Below, piece after piece: positions 59,257 through 64,000 of a stretch of 64,000 nucleotides of DNA (position 1 is the stretch's first letter; the number at the start of each line of letters is the position of its first letter). The DNA lies in NCBI GenBank assembly GCA_965228855.1, contig CBDDIJ010000003.1, positions 896,001-960,000 of the forward strand, in the 5' to 3' direction. The stretch comes from Candidatus Obscuribacterales bacterium (lineage in GTDB: Bacteria > Cyanobacteriota > Vampirovibrionia > Obscuribacterales > Obscuribacteraceae). The notes beneath the pieces were generated by a model. It had not been told where the DNA came from. It saw only the letters and a list, made by a program, of their open reading frames with translations, and did not search any database. Made by a program: the position numbers and the translations under genes.

Positions 59257-60912
59257 ATGTCTTCCGTAAAACTGTCGGCATCTAAAATGCGCTTATCAAG
59301 ACCTTCTTCCTCTTATACGAAACCGTTTGCAGCGGTATCACTTGTTGCGCACTCGCTTCGGGAAGTAGCGGGAGCACCAGTTGCTTGCTCGCTACGGGTC
59401 GCGGCGGGAGCACTAGTTGCTTGCTCGCCATGGGTTGCAGCGGTAGCACTAGTCACGTGCTCGCGTCAGGTTGTAGCGGGAGCACCAGTTGCATGCTCTA
59501 CTCGGGCTGCAGCGGTAGCGTTTTTGATGGCGTTTTTGCTTCACTCTCTTCCGGCTTCGGCCGACGTCGGTTGGTCCGGTTTAGGGACGATGGCTGCGGC
59601 GGGATTCAGCGAAGGTACAAGCGGCTCAGCATCTGACTCAAATCTCTCAAAGGGAGCAGGCTCGAGTTCTGCACCGTCCGGCACAAGGGCTGGGAAAGGA
59701 CCTGATCAGGGGTTCGAATTCGGCGCACCGGCGTCAATTGAATCAAATAAGGCTCCGGCCAGTCCGTATGGGTTTAGCGCACAATTCGACTCGATGAGCA
59801 GCCAAGATCTTCTGGCTTCTGGTCTGGATTTTGCGCAGCGCGGATTTTTGGAAGAGGCAATCATGAGGTTTAAAGTCGTGCTGGAGCGCGACCCTAACAA
59901 CTTGTCTGCGCGTAACAATATCGCGGTTTGTCACAAGAGGCGGGGTGAAACCGACCAGGCCATCGAGCATTTGAAGAAGGCTGTTGAGCTGCGACCGGAC
60001 CAGGCAGAACTCTATAACAATCTGGCGACGGCATATCTGGCTGCCGGACAATTCGACAATGCGCTTAATGCCAGCTACAAAGCGTTGCACCTACGACCGG
60101 TCTTTGCAGCGGCTCAATATAATCTCGGGCATCTCCTCGCCTTGCGCGGTGATCACGAGAATGCGGTAACCGCGTTTCAGAGTGCCATCAAAGCCAATCC
60201 CGGTGATAGCCTGTATCATCGTGACTTAGGCGACAGTCTGCGTGCTCTCGCGCGACATGAAGAGGCGTTGGTCGAATATGAGACTGCGATCCGAGAGGGC
60301 GACAAATCCTCAGAGGCGAAATTTCGGGTAGCAAAAACACTCGAAGCACTCAACAGATTGGACGAAGCCCGCACGACCTTGAATGAATTAGTCGATGCCC
60401 ATCCTCGGGATACTGACTATTTGAACGCTCTGGGAGTGGTTTTGTGGAAATCGCATCATCTGGCTGAATCTGTTTTTGTCCTTGAGAAGGCGCTCAAAAT
60501 CGAGCCTAACTTCTATCGAGCACGCAACAATTTAGGCATAGCTCTCTACGATTTGAAGCGTTACGACGAGGCTATCGAGGTTTGGCGTCAGGCCTTATTA
60601 ATCAAACCTGATTATGCGCCGGCGCACTACAACCTTGCTACGGCCATGCTTCGCGTCGGGTTGGCGCAACAGGCGGCTGATGCGTTTCGGCGCTGTGTCG
60701 ATGTAAATCCCGACGACGCGCTTGCTCACAACAATCTAGGTCTGGCTCTGATGAGTCTTGGCGAGTCTGACGAGGCTATAGAGGAGTGGCGGAGCGCGAT
60801 CAAACTCAATCCGGATCTGGCGCAGGCATACATCAACATCGGCAAAGCCTTGCACGCTCGAGGTTCTGCTAAACCTCTCGACTTTGATTCTGTCGCAAGA
60901 CCCGATAGTTAA
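59257..60912 (+). CDS. TPR-repeat protein with a repeat-expanded N-terminal signal region
   Basis: About 10 TPRs (NNLG.AL...A....P..A). Start likely 59257 or 59287 rather than 59110. Confidence 0.85.
   Translation: MSSVKLSASKMRLSRPSSSYTKPFAAVSLVAHSLREVAGAPVACSLRVAAGALVACSPWVAAVALVTCSRQVVAGAPVACSTRAAAVAFLMAFLLHSLPASADVGWSGLGTMAAAGFSEGTSGSASDSNLSKGAGSSSAPSGTRAGKGPDQGFEFGAPASIESNKAPASPYGFSAQFDSMSSQDLLASGLDFAQRGFLEEAIMRFKVVLERDPNNLSARNNIAVCHKRRGETDQAIEHLKKAVELRPDQAELYNNLATAYLAAGQFDNALNASYKALHLRPVFAAAQYNLGHLLALRGDHENAVTAFQSAIKANPGDSLYHRDLGDSLRALARHEEALVEYETAIREGDKSSEAKFRVAKTLEALNRLDEARTTLNELVDAHPRDTDYLNALGVVLWKSHHLAESVFVLEKALKIEPNFYRARNNLGIALYDLKRYDEAIEVWRQALLIKPDYAPAHYNLATAMLRVGLAQQAADAFRRCVDVNPDDALAHNNLGLALMSLGESDEAIEEWRSAIKLNPDLAQAYINIGKALHARGSAKPLDFDSVARPDS
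59332..59520 (+). repeat. 36-bp in-frame degenerate tandem repeat (5+ units) in the TPR gene
   Basis: Encodes AVSLVAHSLREV / AGAPVACSLRVA / AGALVACSPWVA / AVALVTCSRQVV / AGAPVACSTRAA. Confidence 0.85.
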
Positions 60913-61001
60913 CGCTCATAGCTGAGACGGAGCACATGAATGAAGACTGTCGCCTGAGCTAGAATTAGCTAACTTGCAACCTTTTGTCGAGCGGTCGAGC
61001 T

Positions 61002-61610
61002 ATGGAACCAGGTCTATTCAAGTTTGATTTCCACGCTACGGTTAATGCCGTTGGCCACGCCCTTATTGCAGTGGTATGTCGAATGTTGTTTGACTTTGCG
61101 ATGGTCGGACTGGGAATTGCTGCGATTGTCGCCACCTGCGCGTTTGTTCTCGGACAAAATAAACACAGATTTGAGAAGCCTCTTTATTCAGTGGCCAAAC
61201 GCCTTACTATGGTTTGCGCCGCGATTTCCATTCCAGGTTGGGTGCACTTCTTAGTAGCAGGACACTTCCCGGAAAGCGGCGTCTACAGCTGGTTTATTCT
61301 AGGCGATGTTGTATTGTGGAGCATGGTGACAATATATCTGTGCGCCGAAGAAATGAATCACAGCTGGTATGACAAAGGCAACACTCCAAAGGAAATAGGC
61401 GAGGTCGAACCTGAGAACGAAGTAGAGAGCAGCTCGAAACCGTTTGAACCCGCTCCGGCTACGAAGGTGGCTACCGAAGAAACTCTAGATGAGAATGTGC
61501 CGACCATTGAGACCGGAATGGAAAAGTCCGAATCTTCCACAAAAGCTTCGGAACAAGTTGGGGCAAGCGAGCATCTTTCAGAGTCGGTACGAGAACCGGC
61601 TAGCCGCTAG
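61002..61610 (+). CDS. Hypothetical membrane protein with acidic tail
   Basis: Three to four hydrophobic segments, then an E/S/T-rich C-terminus. Start uncertain. Confidence 0.65.
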   Translation: MEPGLFKFDFHATVNAVGHALIAVVCRMLFDFAMVGLGIAAIVATCAFVLGQNKHRFEKPLYSVAKRLTMVCAAISIPGWVHFLVAGHFPESGVYSWFILGDVVLWSMVTIYLCAEEMNHSWYDKGNTPKEIGEVEPENEVESSSKPFEPAPATKVATEETLDENVPTIETGMEKSESSTKASEQVGASEHLSESVREPASR

Positions 61611-61643
61611 TTAGCTATAATAGAAACAGAAACCTTCGTCAGC

Positions 61644-62321
61644 ATGTTTAACGCTTCTCTCAAAGGATTTGTGAGCCGCATGAAAAAGCAATTGGCTTTC
61701 ACGCTCGTAGTTAGCTGCTCTCTGGTATCGCCAGCGGTGGCGCAAATCCGAGGCGAAGCAGTGCCGGTACAAACATCCGTTCCGGCCGGCCAACCAGTCA
61801 ACACTGGAGTCGGTGGCGCGTACGGTTATGGTTATAATCCCTATCAAACAACCACGGGCTTCTATAATCCGAATGTAGGGAATATCAATTATCCCGCGTT
61901 CGGCACACCGGTTAACACAGGTGGCAGCTATTATCATGTCCCGAGTGGAAGCGCGAATTTACCGATGTGGAAAGCGCCATCCGGATACTACTACCCGTGG
62001 TGCCCACGTCCCACAGGTTTTGCATACGCCTATCCGATGCCGGTTCTTGTGATCGAAAATAGAACGCAGCCTGCGCCCGCGCTGCCGCCGCTGTCTACCA
62101 TGATGTCCGACATGGAAAAGTTTCTCGGTGATTCTAAAAAGGACGGCAAAATCACTGACCGTGATTACACTAACATGTTGCAGCGCGTCAAAGATTTGAA
62201 GTCCAAGGAGCGCACCATGCGCATCGCCGCTGGTGGAACACTCGATCCTGGCGATGAAACGCAGTTGCGAGCCGACCTGGATAAGGTCGGCAGCGAATTG
62301 ACCTGGAGGCTCAACAGGTAA
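61644..62321 (+). CDS. Hypothetical exported protein with a Y/P/G-rich middle and helical C-domain
   Basis: Signal peptide MKKQLAF...AVA. Start may be 61680. Confidence 0.7.
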   Translation: MFNASLKGFVSRMKKQLAFTLVVSCSLVSPAVAQIRGEAVPVQTSVPAGQPVNTGVGGAYGYGYNPYQTTTGFYNPNVGNINYPAFGTPVNTGGSYYHVPSGSANLPMWKAPSGYYYPWCPRPTGFAYAYPMPVLVIENRTQPAPALPPLSTMMSDMEKFLGDSKKDGKITDRDYTNMLQRVKDLKSKERTMRIAAGGTLDPGDETQLRADLDKVGSELTWRLNR

Positions 62322-62477
62322 GGCTCGACGCTTAATCGCCAGAAGTAAAATCGGAACGCTAAGACCATGCGCGCGCCCGATGTCGGTTTTAAGTACCCGA
62401 ATCCGCTCCTGCTAAATTTCAGAAACGGTGAGTATTAGCTGTGAGACAATACTGTTCGCTTGAAATTGGAGGATGTT

Positions 62478-63407
62478 ATGCGCTTGAGTCCCGTCAGAGG
62501 AGCCCTTGTGGCTGCTGCGATTTGCGTTGGTGGTCTTTCCTCAGGTATTGGTGTTGCGTTTGCCTTCGATGCTTCTGCAGAAGCACAATCCGCTGGCGGT
62601 GGCGCTCCTGATGAGTTTCTCAAGACCTATTATGCCGCGATGACCAAGGCGACTGGACCGAAAGACATCGAGCCGTTTATGGCTAAAGTGGTCAAGGAAA
62701 AAATAAAGCCCATCCCTGAAGAGGCTGCACTCGGACCGTTCTTCGCCGCGATGATTCACGAAACACATCCTGCTGAGGTCAAAATTGACAGCAAAAAAGA
62801 GGATGGTGGTCGCGTTCTCTACGATCTATCTCCGGTGAGCGTTCCAAAAGCTTGTGCTGACATGGCTAAAGACAAGAGCTTCAGCATGAGAGGTAGTGCC
62901 GTTTTAGTTAAAGAAGATGGTCTTTGGAAAGTTTATAAAGACTACTGGGTTGCGGAGTCAAAGAACTCTGATGGCAATATGCGTATGGCGTTCGGCACAG
63001 ATCCGGATAAGAAAGACGATAAAACTGAAGCCGGTTTGTCAGGTGATTCGCCCGCAGGCGGCGCGGAAAAGGCTGACTACTCTGATACTTTGCGTGATTA
63101 CTTGATGTCGAAGTTCAAACATGATGGCAGCGGAAAGCAAATCTATATATCCCTGAAAGTTGGTGCTGATGGGACTGTCAGCGATTTAAACGTAGGTGGT
63201 GAGAAATCACAGAAAGATGCGGAAGACAAAGTCAAAGCATTATTCGCTTCGGTGCAGCCACTACCGGCGCTACCAGCCGACATGGCGAGCAAGCCTTATG
63301 CCTGGATGATGTTCGACTGGCAAGATAACGGTGGCATCTGCATCTCCGGTCCTTATTTCCAGGAAAACACACCCGATTGGATCATCAAAAAGATGAGTTC
63401 CAAGTAG
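62478..63407 (+). CDS. Exported protein with a possible C-terminal TonB/TolA-like domain
   Basis: GGAGG RBS and signal peptide. IYISLKVGADGTVSDLNV...VQPLPALP resembles the TonB_C/TolA-III pattern. Confidence 0.6.
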   Translation: MRLSPVRGALVAAAICVGGLSSGIGVAFAFDASAEAQSAGGGAPDEFLKTYYAAMTKATGPKDIEPFMAKVVKEKIKPIPEEAALGPFFAAMIHETHPAEVKIDSKKEDGGRVLYDLSPVSVPKACADMAKDKSFSMRGSAVLVKEDGLWKVYKDYWVAESKNSDGNMRMAFGTDPDKKDDKTEAGLSGDSPAGGAEKADYSDTLRDYLMSKFKHDGSGKQIYISLKVGADGTVSDLNVGGEKSQKDAEDKVKALFASVQPLPALPADMASKPYAWMMFDWQDNGGICISGPYFQENTPDWIIKKMSSK

Positions 63408-63420
63408 CTGATTGGAAAAG

Positions 63421-63478
63421 CTGATTTCGGTGTGAAAACTGATTTCGGTGTAAAAATTGATTTGGTTTTGAAACTGAT
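63421..63478. repeat. 18-bp tandem repeat CTGATTTCGGTGTRAAAA between convergent genes
   Basis: Two near-perfect copies and one degenerate copy. Confidence 0.75.
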
Positions 63479-63497
63479 GTTCTGAATGAGTCGGCAA

Positions 63498-64000
63498 CTA
63501 AAGCAAATTGAGCTTGTGCTTCGAACCCAACTTGGTCGTGAGAATTTTCATGAATTGCTCTTGCACCGTAGTTAGTGGCTTGGCTGCATCGAGAATTCTC
63601 CAGCGTTCCGGTTCTGCCTCTGCCAGCGCGAGGTATCCGCTGCGTACTCTTTTATGAAAGTCTATGGCTTCGCGCTCAATCCGATCTTCTGCGCCGGGGT
63701 GCAATCGAGAGAGCCCATCCTCGCTTTGAATGTCGAACAGAATAGTCATCAGCGGTTTCAAGCCGCCGGTCGAGAGTTCGTTCAAATCCTTGATCAGTTT
63801 GATATCGATGTTGCGCCCGTATCCCTGATAGGCGATGCTCGAATCGACGAATCGATCGCAAAGCACCAGTTTGCCAGCTTCGAGGGCTGGTCGAATCACT
63901 TCTGCGACGTGCTGCGCGCGGTCTGCCTGGTAGAGCAGCAGTTCCGCCATGGGCGCGACTTCCATTCCCGGCGTGAGCAAAATGCGTCGAACCTGCTTTC
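63498..64000 (-). CDS. tmk: Thymidylate kinase, C-terminal part; start lies outside the window
   Basis: ELLLYQADRAQH, VLCDRFVDSSIAYQGYGR, DRIERE and FHKRVRSGY. Confidence 0.96.
   Translation of the reverse strand, partial: KQVRRILLTPGMEVAPMAELLLYQADRAQHVAEVIRPALEAGKLVLCDRFVDSSIAYQGYGRNIDIKLIKDLNELSTGGLKPLMTILFDIQSEDGLSRLHPGAEDRIEREAIDFHKRVRSGYLALAEAEPERWRILDAAKPLTTVQEQFMKILTTKLGSKHKLNLL

Noticed and set aside
1..64000. Cyanobacterial HIP1 (GCGATCGC) enrichment
   Set aside because: Only a few scattered copies were noticed, with no obvious over-representation. Not formally counted.

Overview
A chromosomal window of roughly 50% GC, probably from a non-photosynthetic cyanobacterial relative (Vampirovibrionia/Obscuribacterales). 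That placement is inferred from the efp-accB-accC synteny, a PspA/Vipp1-like gene and many lineage-type orphans, and has not been verified. The right third is mostly housekeeping: SRAP/YedK, valS, efp, accB, accC, a CAT-anticodon tRNA and a partial tmk. The left two-thirds is accessory. It holds two paralogous giant beta-helix-type exoproteins (about 1310 and 2867 aa) with shared N- and C-terminal domains, a DUF4011/SF1-helicase/Vsr-like/DUF3320 candidate defence gene, a MarR / QueG-RdhA-like-SCP2 fusion / FabF cluster with two matching operators, and a cyclic beta-1,2-glucan synthase. It also holds a stress/lipid cluster: a desaturase-receiver pseudogene chimera, an atypical OmpR regulator with Glu at the phospho-site, SRPBCC, GlsB/YeaQ and patatin. 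This cluster carries a repeated 16-bp motif in inverted pairs and lies next to an uncommon tRNA-Arg(UCG). Several short intergenic tandem repeats and small ORFs missing from the ORF track were also found. No CRISPR array, integrase or transposase was recognised. All family assignments come from reading motifs by eye, not from database searches.
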